This document shows, in pieces, positions 37,501-49,634 of a stretch of DNA of 64,000 nucleotides. The stretch comes from Elsinoe ampelina (Eukaryota). The stretch covers positions 1,343,274 to 1,407,273 of the forward strand of contig ML992508.1 of assembly GCA_010093995.1 (NCBI GenBank), written 5' to 3'. The translations under genes were made by a program, and so were the position numbers. Within the stretch, counting starts at the first letter, position 1. The number at the start of each line of letters is the position of its first letter. The notes under the pieces are model-generated. The model was given only the letters and a program-made list of their open reading frames with translations. It was not told the origin of the DNA and made no database searches.

Positions 37501-40448
37501 CGTCAAGCGCCAACGAGACGTCAGGATCAAAGCTGCTGCCGCGGCTGCTCTGGTGGCGTTCCACGAGGTGGCGAAGAAGCCCCAGAACATGATCAAGAGC
37601 TTGATGGAAAGCGTTAAGGACGAGGAGAACGTCGAGCTCCAGAAGCGGTCCGCCAGTGCTGTCGCCGATCTCATCGACCTCTTACAGCAAAGCGGTCGTG
37701 GCAAGATCGTTGACAAGATCGTCGGCAACCTCGTTAAGTTCTGCTGCATGGAGACTGGCGAAACGCCAGAGTTTCACGTTCACGCCTCTAAGGAGGGCGG
37801 TATCTTATCACTGCAGAAAGATGAGGATATCCAAGATCGTCCTGATCAGGCCAAGCATGATCGCGAGGTCAAGGCGGCCAAGGTCACTCGACGCGGTTCG
37901 AAGGAGGCTCTTGAGCAGTTGTGCGCCAAATTCGGGAATGATCTCTTCGCAAAGGTGCCCATGCTCAAGGTCTTGATCGAGGGCCCGATACGACAGTGTT
38001 TCGCTGGCGAGCTGCCAGCTGAGATCTCGGATTCAGAAGGTTCTTTCGGGCAGGAAGTCGTGGACGCCCTATCGACTCTGCGTGCTCTCTTGCCGTCTTT
38101 CCATCCAGATCTGCATACCTTCGTGGTAGAACTCATGCCGATGGTGGCCAGAGCATTGCAGACTCGTCTATCTGTGCTCAGATATTCTGCTGCGAAATGT
38201 TTCGCGAGCACCTGCAGTGTCATCCCGATCCAAGGCTTCACCATGCTTGTGGAGTCTGTCATGCCTAATATTGGCAACCCGAACGACCTTTTCTCTCGTC
38301 AGGGCATTGTCGAGTGCATCTACCATCTCATTCATGTGATGGAGGATCGCATCCTGCCGTACGTCATCTTCCTGCTGGTACCTGTGCTCGGACGAATGAG
38401 CGACTCGGATAACGGTGTTCGACTCATCGCTACCACTGCATTCGCCACTCTCGTCAAGCTGGTGCCGCTTGAGGCTGGTATCCCTGATCCACCTGGCCTG
38501 TCTGAGGAGCTGCTCAAGGGTCGCGAGAGGGAGCGCAAATTCATCGCGCAAATGCTCGACCCAAAGAAGGTGGAGTCATTCGAGATTCCTGTTGCGATCA
38601 AAGCTGAGCTCCGATCTTACCAGCAAGAAGGCGTCAATTGGCTTGCATTCCTCAATCGCTACCATCTCCACGGTATATTGTGCGACGACATGGGTCTCGG
38701 CAAGACTCTTCAGACGCTCTGCATCGTGGCCAGTGACCATCATCTACGCGCTGAGGAGTATGCAAAGTCCAGCGATCCGAATTATCGTAGGCTGCCATCT
38801 CTGATTGTCTGTCCGCCGACGCTATCTGGTCACTGGCAACAGGAAATCCGCACTTATGCTCCATTTCTCAACCCTGTTGCGTATGTCGGTCCACCTGCTC
38901 AGCGTGGCTTGGTCCGTCATAAGCTCGCGGACGCTGATGTAGTGATTACCTCTTACGATATCTGCCGCAATGATGCCGACATCCTCACACCTCTAACATG
39001 GAACTACTGTGTACTGGACGAAGGACATCTTATCAAGAACCCTAAGGCCAAGACGACGATCGCTGTCAAGAAGCTTGCTTCTAACCATCGACTCATCCTC
39101 TCCGGCACTCCGATTCAGAACAATGTGCTTGAACTGTGGTCGTTGTTTGACTTCCTCATGCCTGGTTTCTTGGGAACGGAGAAGGTCTTCCAAGATCGTT
39201 TTGCAAAGCCTATCGCTGCTTCACGTTTCTCGAAATCCTCTTCTCGAGAGCAAGAAGCTGGAGCATTGGCTATTGAAGCACTGCACAAGCAGGTCTTGCC
39301 ATTCCTACTCCGTCGCCTGAAGGAGGAGGTCTTGAACGACCTCCCACCGAAGATTCTGCAGAACTACTATTGTGACCTGTCTGATCTTCAACGCAAGCTA
39401 TTCGAGGACTTCACCAAAAAGGAAGGCAAGAAGCTTGCGGAAGAGGCTACTTCTGGCGACAAAGAAGCGAAGCAGCATATCTTCCAGGCTTTACAGTACA
39501 TGCGCAAGCTTTGCAACTCCCCTGCTATGGTGCTTAAAGAAGGCCACAAGCAGTACGCCGCGATTCAGCAGTATCTCTCCTCCAAGAACACGACCCTCAA
39601 AGATCCCGTTCACGCACCAAAGCTCACTGCCCTCCGCGATCTCCTCGTAGATTGTGGCATCGGCGTCGACCCACCCAGCAATGGCGAAGTCCCGACCGCC
39701 GATCAAGCCGTCTCACCCCACCGAGCCCTTATCTTCTGCCAGATGAAAGAAATGCTCGACATGGTTGAATCGACCGTGTTCAAATCCATGCTTCCCTCAG
39801 TCACTTGGTCCCGTCTCGATGGTAGCGTTGAGGCCTCCAAACGTCAAGACATAGTCAACAGATTCAACAGCGACCCAAGCATCGACTGCCTCCTCCTCAC
39901 CACCAGCGTCGGCGGTCTCGGCCTCAACTTGACCGGAGCAGACACCGTCATCTTCGTCGAGCACGACTGGAATCCTCAAAAGGATCTGCAGGCAATGGAC
40001 CGAGCCCACCGCATCGGTCAGAAGAAAGTCGTCAACGTGTACCGTCTCATCACCCGCGGAACACTGGAGGAGAAGATTTTGAAGTAAGCCCCCTCACCGT
40101 CCCCCGTCTCCGAATACTAAGTACTAACACCATCCCAGTCTCCAACGCTTCAAAATCGACGTCGCCTCCACGGTCGTGAACCAGCAAAACGCCGGGCTAG
40201 GCACGATGGAGACAGACCAGATCCTGGACCTGTTCAATCTCGGGGAGACGGATCCGAACTTGGCGCTCGAAGGAGGAGACAAGAAAGGTGGCGATGGCGT
40301 CAATGAGGATGATGCGGTGGATGCAGAGGGGAATGTGCGACAGAAGGGCAAGAAGGGCGTGTTGGATGAGTTGACGGAGTTGTGGGACGAGAAGCAGTAT
40401 GAAGAGGAGTTTGATTTGGGTGGGTTCTTGGCGAGTATGAAGGGATAA
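34550..40448 (+). CDS. MOT1: TBP-associated SWI2/SNF2 ATPase Mot1 (BTAF1); two 5' introns flanking an 18-nt exon, plus one 3' intron
   Basis: MSGASRLDRLVVLLETGSTQLIRNTAAQQLADVQK, HEAT repeats, GILCDDMGLGKTLQT, DEGH and HDWNPQKDLQAMDRAHRIGQK. Confidence 0.97.
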
Positions 40449-40792
40449 AGCAAGGGTTCGGGGGAGGGTTGGCTTCTGTGGTGCTTTGGGGGGAGGGATC
40501 CTGATGCATAGCGTGGATAGGATAGCGGGTGATAAGGCAGGGAGGGGTAAGGGGTGGGATGTACGCTATGTGAGTAGAGACAATCGATCACACACTGCTG
40601 AGTGTGGGGGACAAGGGTGTACTATAACGATGCGTACGAGACGCAACACAGCATGCACCGGATACAAATGCAAACACATGAGCCTCTCCCATCCTGTCCA
40701 GCACTGATCACCATGCACTCGGTCATTATCGTGGAACAGCTTCGACCCCTTCTCAATCATCTCATGCATTAACCACTACCTACCCGCACCCC

Positions 40793-43107
40793 TCAAACCT
40801 CCTCCTCCCCGCCACCAGGCAAACTCTCATACCCTCCCCTCCTATACCTCATCCCCCCCTCAGGAACACTATACAACGCCCTAAAATCCACCCTCTCCCC
40901 GCCCAACAACCCCCTCCCCCCCTCCTTCCGCCTCAAACACCCCTTGACCGTCCCCACCACCCCCTCGGACCCTGCGTACCCCTCCCCGTCCTCGACCCCA
41001 AAATCACACCAAAAATCCCTACAGTTCGCCGCGCAACCGTGGCTGTACGGATTCGCCTTGCGCCGCCGCCGCCGCCCCATCTCCTCCGCCCGCGAGCCGT
41101 ACATGGCCGTGCTGATCACGGCGTCGAGACCGAGGAGGCGTTTCCACGTGGCCCACCAGCCTTCGGATTTCTTCTTGGCACTGGCGCCGGCGGCGGCGGA
41201 GGGGTCGTCGGACGGGTCGGACGTCGCGCCCGCCGAGGCAGGGTCCAGACTACCCGTTGCCAGAGCGGAGGTGAGCGGCGACACGACGTGGCCGCGCATG
41301 GACTCGTAGGTCGTCATCGCGCGGGCGATTTGCGTGAGGTGGACGGCGAGGAGCATTGATACCCAGGTGAGTTGGAGCGCGGTCCAGATCATGAGGATCG
41401 AGGTGAAGGGGTCTTTGGAGAAGGAGGTGCAGAGGGCGGGGGAGAGGAGGGTGCAGTCTTGGGATGAAGGGGAGGGAGGGGCTGGGGCGGAGGAAAGGTA
41501 GTTGAGGAATAAAGGGATGAGGAGGGCGATGCCGCTCATGAGGCTGAGGAGGTAGAGGAGGAAGTGGCGGTGGTTGTTGATGCCGATGCAGTTGTCTACC
41601 CAGGGACAGTGGTGGTCTTCGCGGGCGACGCAACGGGCGCAGCGTTTGCAGTGTTTGGAGCGGAGGGGTTTGCGGATCATGCAGAAGGAGCAGAAGTGGG
41701 TTTCGTCAAAGGCGTGGTGGGTGATGAGGTCTTCGATTGTGATTTTGGTTTGGCCGCGGGAGGCGGATTTGGGGACGTAGCCTGGGTCGGATAGCATTGT
41801 GCTGAAGTAGAAGTAGGCGCAGGATATGTAGGCAATGATGAAGAAGAGGTTGAGAATAGGGTTCGCGACGGAGGTGGCTGGTAGGATATGGACTGTATAC
41901 CGGATGCCGACCCAGAGGAGAGTGGCGGCAAAGACACCGGCGAAATATGGCTGACATGGTCAAAATAGGTCGCTTGATTGTAGCGGGATTGGAGGCTTAC
42001 AGTTTTATGTACATGACGAAAGTCACTAGGTGCCCATCGAAGTGATTGAGAGACGAGCCATTGCAGACCAAAGGCAGCTAGCATGGCAAAGGGCAGACCC
42101 ATGTATATCGGCCTTGAACTTGCCAACCAGATGGATACGCCAATAACGACAAAGGGCCAGAAGAAGAATAGACGCCAAAGAAACCATTTCCGGTCCTTTA
42201 CGAATGATAGAGGAAAGTCCTTGTGAGCGCCCTTTTTGTCGTAGCCAGATTCAAGGAGAGCTCTGTGCCACTGAGGAGTACTATTCATCTCTCGTGCAGT
42301 CACTGCAGGCGTCTTGCCCTCGTTGTTAGCGGCGAAGCGGTCAGCGCCGTACTCGACGAGCTTTTGAATGCAGCCAAAGTTTCCTTTCACAAGTGCCCAG
42401 TGTAAGGCGGTGAAGCCCATTTCATCCACAGCATTGACGTCCGCTCCCCAGCGAAGTAAGACGTCTACGCAAGCCGGAAACCCCTTGTACGCAGCCCACA
42501 TCAAAGAAGTATGACCTTGGCTATCCGCAGCATCGACTGGAATGTCTGGCTGATGCAGGAGGAGGATGAGCTGAAAGACATTGCCATCTAGAGTGACGCA
42601 GTGTAGTAAGTTATAGCCAGCGTCGTCCGTGATCAGTGGGTCAGCACCGTGTTGTAAGAGCAGGTTAACCACGTCCAATTGACACTTTCGAGAGGCCCAG
42701 AGCACAGGTGTGGCTACAGCGTCTCCTCCTTTGGCATTCGGGTCGGCTCCGACTTGCAGCAGGAAATGACAGAGCGCATAGTGTCCGTTGATAGCAGCCC
42801 ACTTTCCAACACGTCAGCACACGTCTCTTTTGTATCCTGAGTGTCTCCATACATGAAGCGCTGTGATGCCCTGCTCATCTGCGGAATTTGGATTGTATTT
42901 CCCACTATCAAACAGCTTTTGTATACCTCTTAATTCTCCTAGTCGCGCCAAGCCCATAAGGTCCTCTTCTATTGGGAGCGCCGGCTTTGCCGACTTGATG
43001 TCGTCTAATTCGTGCGGTGTCTCGTTGCTAGATTCGGTGCTCAGCTTGGGAGGATCGCGCAGGCCGGTCGTCGAGCCGGACGAGGGTGATTTGCTATGCA
43101 TGGCCAT
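40793..43107 (-). CDS. AKR1: Ankyrin-repeat DHHC palmitoyltransferase; two introns
   Basis: Ankyrin repeats (GITALHWAAING, GHTSLMWAAYKG, GFTALHWAL) and KPLRSKHCKRCARCVAREDHHCPWVDNCIG. Confidence 0.95.
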
Positions 43108-43468
43108 ATTGATAGTGTCATAATACCAGGATCATACTGTGCCGTGAGCTGTCTGACTCCCCGGCGTGGTCGATGGCAAGAAGAGATGTGCACAATTATG
43201 GTTCTTGCCTTCACAACGAGCGCCTCGAAGACGACGTCAGACTCCAGCCAATCAGCTTGCAAAGACGCCGCGGACATGTCAGCACATCAAGAACTTCATG
43301 CCTTTATGTCACCAATGCGTAGAAACGCGCGAGCATATGTTCTTTAACAATGCCAAATGTATGGCAGAGTCCGCAAATTGTCACTCATGTTAAATTTCGG
43401 GTGAAGGTGGGCACTGAGAATGGTATGCCACGTTTCATACTGTACAACCAAGCAGGCATGCCCACTAT

Positions 43469-44296
43469 CTACCACCCCTGCTTCTTCATCTTCTTTACCA
43501 AAGCGACCATGCCCTTGAACCCTTCCTTGAAGTGCTTTCGCCACCTTTCTCGCTTCAGCCGCTTCCTGCGCAAGCCTGGTCGCTCGTGAAACCGTTGTCG
43601 ATTAAAGTCAGCTCTGACTTTGTTCCGACTGCACAAGATGTCCAGTTGCCTAAACGCTCTCCCGACATCCATGTTCCTTCCCGGATTGACTTTGACGGTC
43701 CGCCCGAGATTCGGTCCAAGCCTCACAGGTAGAGGAAGAGGCGTGCTCTGATACTCCTCTCTACTTGGATTGCCTAACACGCTGGGAGGACTTGCCGGCG
43801 CATCCAGCATATCATCTGGGTTGAGCTTGTTCCCCATCGTTGATCCGGGAGCCCTTGCCTTTTCTTTGAAGCCCCCGAACTCTTTCAGAAGATCACTCAG
43901 TGAGGACCGGTCGCTGTCCGCATTCGACTGGCTCCCATCTGCACCTGGACGAGCTGCTGCACGATCTGCTTGCGCTTGCCTGGAAGCAAAATGTGATGGT
44001 CGTCCTGAGGATGCGGTGGGCGTGCCTTTGGTCATGTCCAATGTTCGATCAAGCATGCCCGTCAATCCATCTATCGAATCTTTTTGTTGCTCTGCTGGCG
44101 AGTCCTTTGCATCCGCCTGTAATCGTGTACATGCTGAGAACTGCCTTGTTGATCTGATTGGTTGTGTTTGTAGTCTACCCGACTGATTTGTTGCTGCTCG
44201 TGCCGCGAATGGAGTCCGAGGGAGAGGCGACTTCAGGGAAGCCGAGATGTGTCTTTGCGATCTGATTGCACATTGTGTGACCCTTCGGACTTCCAT
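43469..44296 (-). CDS. MRP21: Mitochondrial small-subunit ribosomal protein bS21m
   Basis: Arg/Ser-rich presequence and the C-terminal RQRFHERPGLRRKRLKRERWRKHFKEGF...KQGW. Confidence 0.88.
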   Translation of the reverse strand: MEVRRVTQCAIRSQRHISASLKSPLPRTPFAARAATNQSGRLQTQPIRSTRQFSACTRLQADAKDSPAEQQKDSIDGLTGMLDRTLDMTKGTPTASSGRPSHFASRQAQADRAAARPGADGSQSNADSDRSSLSDLLKEFGGFKEKARAPGSTMGNKLNPDDMLDAPASPPSVLGNPSREEYQSTPLPLPVRLGPNLGRTVKVNPGRNMDVGRAFRQLDILCSRNKVRADFNRQRFHERPGLRRKRLKRERWRKHFKEGFKGMVALVKKMKKQGW

Positions 44297-44603
44297 GGTG
44301 TAGATTCTGTTGTGCCAGATGCCGGAACGACGTGAGATTGCGCTATGAACACATGCTTGAGATGTTCTTCATAGTATAGGCATGCTTTGATGAAGCTCGG
44401 GAAATTTGGTATTGTTAGGGTTGGGGTTCAATCATTTGTGGCTCACGACTCAAGTTTGAGATTTCTCATACCTAGACGATTGCGACTTGCTGTGCTGCTG
44501 CGTGCTAACCTTGTGATACTGGTCTTTCTGGTCGTAGTTACTGATCAGATACAGACTGTATAGAACTCACGCGCAGCGTCGGTCTGACACGGCAAGGGCA
44601 GCT

Positions 44604-46891
44604 ATGGCTTTCAACTATGGTGGTCGTAAGTGAAGTCAGACCGCGCTATCACATCGCAAGCTAATATCCACCCAGCGCCGGGCTTTGTCAATGCTTCACA
44701 AGGATTTAGCAACTTTCAAGGAGCCAGCGGTCTTGGTCCACCACCCAATACTGGCAGTGCACCTGGGATGGCAGGTCCACCTGGGATGGCAGGTCCACCT
44801 GGGATGGGAGGTCCACCTGGTATGGCAACTGCTCAGTCTCCTCAGCAAGCGGGATTGCCTCCAAATTTCGCCAATGTTCAGCTTCCTTCCAACATCAACT
44901 TCAGCGCGCCGGTTATTCGCATGGGTGGAGTACAGCCAAAGGGTGGACGTGGATTTGACCTGAATGGCCGAGATTCTGGGAACAGAGGAAGAGCTGGTCT
45001 GGGCATGGATTCGGGCTCTAGACACACTCGAGACAACAATCTTGCCCCTCCTACAAAAGAAGAGGTGCAGCGCACGATCTATGTGGGAGGTTTGACCGAG
45101 GAAACACCACCTGATTTCATCCTTGAAGAGATTCTTGGTGCTGGAGGTGGCCTTCGTCGCTGGTCGCGAGTCACTGATGCTGATGACAAGCCCCTCGACT
45201 TTGGCTTCGCTGAGTATGGTGATGCTGCATCCTTGGAGCTTGCACGGGAGTTGTTCAAGAACCTGGAGGTACCCTTGAAGCGCCAGGGTATTGTCGAAAA
45301 GGACGAAGAAGGCAACGTGAAGAAGGCTTCCTTGATTGTCATTGTGGATGAAGAGTCCGGAAAATATATCGAACAATGGTTGACTCGGGATGACAACAAT
45401 TTCCAATTCAAGTTGGACACTGCCCAGGAAGACCTCCGATCAGCGCTGGCAAGCTACATCAACAATGCTACGGGTATCGATCCGCTGAATGGTCACGTCA
45501 ACGAGAACGGAGAAGACGCCATGCAAGGTGTGGAGACTGCCGAGCTCATTGCGGTCCCGCAGAACATAGACGATGAGCTCTCAGACATTCCGGCGGATAT
45601 GAGAGAGATGGTTGCTGCGGAGATTGCTGCTTTCCGTGATCGTAGCAACAAGCGCGATCTCGAACGCTTGAGGATGGAGCAAGAGGTCGAGCGAACAGAA
45701 CGTGAACGCGCACGCGGCCCGGCACACAATCGTATCAACCGACTGGCTACCCCACCTCCGACGAACCCCAAAGGCACGACGAATGGCATACCCACAGGTC
45801 CTAAAGGATCAGGTATTCCGACTGGACCAAAGGGTCAGAATCAGACCAACGGCATAGCCTTCGCTGCTGCAGAAGTAGCAGAAGATGATTCGGCGTCTGA
45901 TTCGGAGATCGAGCGTCGTATACTGGAGAAGCGTAAGGAACAGGATGACAAGGTGTTCCTCGATAAGGAAAGGAAGTGGCTGGCCAGAGAGAAGGCTCAC
46001 TTTGCAGCTGTTCGCAGACAGCAGGGCGAGGATGACCACGAAGTGAACGTGCGGGACACGAAGCGCGCCGAGCTACTGAAAGAACTGGAAGAATTTGATG
46101 ACGAGAACGTCGAGACAAGACGCGCCCTACACATCTTCTACGAGAATCGCAAGGCATGGCGCTCAGCACGCAGATCCGCTCGCAATGAGGAGCGCGCCAA
46201 CGACGCCGAGGATCGCAAGGCTGAAGCCCGAGAGCTCGACATCAAGCGTAGACGTGAGCAACAACAGGCACGCGGTGCAGCAGACCGATTCCTGGATGAG
46301 ACGGCTGAAGACATGGCACGTAAGAATATCAAGCCGGAGGCAGGGAAGAATGCTTTCAGTCTCAGTCTCGGCTTCGGCAGCGTCAAGCGCGAGGATATGG
46401 ATGAAGTCACGCCGAAGAAGAGCGCATTCGCAGATGTCGAGAATCTTCTAGGCGCGGCAGAGGAGGATGAAGACGTTGGCGTACCAAAACCAAGCCTGCG
46501 AGAGCTCGACCTCAAACCTCTAGCTGCCGGCGAGAAGATGACAGAGGAGCAGAGGCAAAGGACGAGAGGTGAACTGGCAAGGAGTATCCCTGATGACACC
46601 GAAGAGCTCTTCAACTGGAAGATCAAGTGGGAAGGAATGACTGAGGAGGTGATTGAACGTGAGATCAGGCCGTACGTGGAGAAGAAGATTATGGAGAGTT
46701 TGGGTGTGCAGGAGGAGCTCTTGGTCAAGGCTATCGAGAAGGTGATTAAGAATCACGGGTCTGCGAGAGAAGTACAGCAGGAACTGGAAGAGACGCTGGA
46801 CGATGAGGCAGAAGTGGTGGCGAAGAAGGTCTGGAGAATGGTCGTCTTCTTCAGCGAGAGCGGAGTGAGAGGTCTCCTCGCGGATCGTTGA
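44604..46891 (+). CDS. SNU71: U1 snRNP-associated RRM + PWI protein (Snu71/Usp107/RBM25-like); intron ~44626-44675
   Basis: RTIYVGGL...FGFAEY (RRM), a charged coiled-coil, and IRPYVEKKIMESLGVQE...LDDEAEVVAKKVWRMVVF (PWI). Confidence 0.85.
44760..44827 (+). repeat. 18-bp coding tandem repeat (PPGMAG), about 3.8 copies
   Basis: CACCTGGGATGGCAGGTC repeated with minor variants. Confidence 0.9.
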
Positions 46892-47061
46892 GAGGAATAT
46901 CGGGCCAGACAACTTCATGACAACGATTCCATTGCCGACGAGAAGGGCAAGGAGACTTGTAAATTATAGGATCGACAGATACCCCGAAATGCATCAAAGA
47001 TGACATGACCATCAGAAAAGTAGTGAACATGATGTCTCACAGTCTATTAATGTGTCATGGA

Positions 47062-48593
47062 CTAGTACTTTTCGCCCTCGAGGATGGGTTTCGCCTCTGC
47101 CGACTTCCACCAGCTCACACCGTCCTTGCCAGGATATTCAAACTTATCCATACTCTCTGGCCTCATCTCCACACTGTAGCCAGGATCTGTTGGAGTGGTG
47201 TAGTATCCGTCCTTTATTACGGCAGGGTGGAAGAAGTGCTCGTGCAGGTGGTCGACGTACTCGAGCAGACTGAGCTTACCACTGACGACAACGTAGTCGA
47301 TCGTGCTCAGATGCTGTGTGTACTCTGGCAGACCGACACCGCCGCTGTGAGGAACGATGGGTACGTTGAACTTCTTGGCCATCAGAAGCACAGCCAGCAC
47401 CTCGTTGACACCTCCGAGACGGCAGGCGTCAATCTGGCAGACATCGATAGCGCCCTGCATCAAGAGCTGCTTGAACATGACTCTGTTCTGGCACATCTCT
47501 CCCGTCGCAACACCAATGCCGTACGGCTTGAGCGCGTCTCTTACTGCCTTGTGGCCGAAGACATCATCTGGCGACGTCGGCTCCTCGATGAACCACGGCT
47601 TGAACTCGGCGAGCTGCTTCATATACTCGATCGCCTCTGGGACGGACCAGACCTGCATCACACGTCAGCAGCATCCCACCCAGATCTCTCCCTTCTACTC
47701 ACCTGATTCGCATCCACCATCAACACATTCCCCTTATCATACCCAATCACGTCCCTCGCAATCTGCAACCTCTCCCTATCATCCTTCACCGAGCTCCCCA
47801 CCTTTAGCTTAAAATGCTTATACCCCTTCCCCATCGTCTCCTCCAACAACCCCTTCATCTTCTCCCTCCCATACCCCAACCACCCAGCACTAGTGGTATA
47901 CGCCGGCACCGCCCTATCCCTCTCCGCCTCCTCGATCCTCTTCGCCTTCCCCCCCTCCTCCTTCTTCAACAACTCCACCGCCTCCTCGGGCGTGATCGCA
48001 TCCGTAATGTACCGGAAATCAATACACCCCACGAACTCTTCGGGCGTCATGTCGGCCACGATCCGCCACACGGGCTTGTCGAGCGTTTTCCCCCACAGGT
48101 CCCAGATGGCGTTGACCACGGCGCCGAGCGCGAGGTGGATCACGCCCTTTTCCGGGCCGATCCAGCGCAGTTGTGAGTCGGCGACCAGGTGCCGCCAGGT
48201 GGCGCCCCAGTTGCTCACGAGCGACGAGAGGGTGCGGCCCACGATGCGGTCGGTTAGGTGCGAGATGGCGGCGCAGACAATGTCGTTGCCCCGGCCGATG
48301 GTGAAGGTCATGCCGTGGCCTTCGTGTTTGGAGTCGGTGGTGAGGATGCAGTAGGCCGAGGAGTAGTCGCCTGCTGCGTTCATGGCGTCGGAGCCGGTTT
48401 TGTCGAGGGAGGTCTGGGTGGGGGGGGTTAATTGGTGGTCTTGCAGGAAGGGTGGTGGTCGGGGGGTCTATCTCGAGGCTGTATGCCAGTCTCGAGACTC
48501 TCGTTGATGTAGTAGCACGATGGTGAGGGATATGGTACGTACGGGAAACCTGACATCCCTGGTGGTGGCTCCTGTGATCTTTACTTCTGCCAT
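47062..48593 (-). CDS. lgd1: L-galactonate dehydratase (mandelate racemase/enolase superfamily; GaaB/LGD1, ENOSF1-like); introns 48414-48542 and ~47654-47703
   Basis: DVRFPTSLDKTGSDAMNAAGDYSSAY, QLRWIGPEKGVIHLA, AYTTSAGWLGY, KHFKLKVG, MVDANQVW, FIEEPTSPDD and EYVDHLHEHF. A GARE motif lies upstream. Confidence 0.9.
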
Positions 48594-48829
48594 TGTTGCG
48601 ATTTGATTCAGTTCTTTGGTTGGTTCAATTTCTCTACTTTCTGATCTTTCACAGGCGAGTCTCAATCACCAAAGGTTCCAACATGCAGTTCACTCGGCAC
48701 TTCGGGGCGTTGGAATGTTTTTATTTCTCTGGCGTATTTCTTCTCCAGCCCCTGCCCCACGGCGGGGTCCTGGGACCTCGAGGGAAGCTCTCTCCCGGCC
48801 GGAAAAGAGCGCGGCCGGATATTTCGTTG

Positions 48830-48838
48830 ATTGGTGGA
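48830..48838 (-). promoter_or_regulatory. GARE (galacturonic acid-responsive element) TCCACCAAT
   Basis: Exact match to TCCNCCAAT, ~237 bp upstream of the dehydratase ATG. CreA-type SYGGRG sites lie at 48743-48748, 48755-48760 and 48762-48767. Confidence 0.7.
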
Positions 48839-49634
48839 ACTATTGCCTGTCTCTGTCGGAGCGGCTTTTGACTCTGGTCGTCGCCTTTTGGGTGACCTTC
48901 TTGCGGGCTCTTCACACGCGGACGCGATACGTGTTTCGGGAGGTGGGTGGTCACTGAGAGTCAGGAAATTGATTGTTCCGCTTGGTTGGTCACGTCGTCG
49001 GCGTGGTTTCGCCGAGTGATCTGGGTGCTTGTCTGGCTGCTAGCGAGGCTTGTTTGGGTTCGTGGAACGATGAAGAGGCTTGATTGTGCTGTACATGAGG
49101 CGGTTCAGAGAGGTGAGTTTTTGATGCACGGCTGTTCGTGGTGAGATGGTATCTCGTTGTCCTTTTAATCCCGCAAAGTATTTCTCCGTCGTCTTGTGCC
49201 AACTTTTTACCTCTTACCTGCTAATACACAATCCTCACGGATGCTCTTATGCGACTAGATCTTGGAAGCCAACGGGTAATTCTCCAAGGGCCTGTTCGTG
49301 GGCAAGCGTGACGACGTAAAGACATGCTGTGTTCGAGAAATATAGGGAAGTATGCCCAGAAGAAGCTATGCAAGCGAAGACGCTATGCCCAAAGGCGTTA
49401 TCGACCGTGGGCAAAGCCCTGAGCAGACCCAAGACTCAACCCCGCTATTTTCCGGCTGTTCTTATCACGTCTTGCCTATCTGTAACATCACGAGTTTCTT
49501 GAGACCAGTATTTGCACGACAGCATTGTTTAGACGTCGACTTCGAAGCGTTAGACACTGACCGGCCATCTTACCGATCATGATGCCTGCTCTCTGCCGAG
49601 TTGAGCAGACAAGACGATCGCCTTGTCCGAAATC

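Noticed and set aside
48471..48499. Small hairpin and 12-bp palindrome AGTCTCGAGACT in dehydratase intron 1
   Set aside because: Short, has an A-C mismatch on the transcribed strand, and is plausible by chance.
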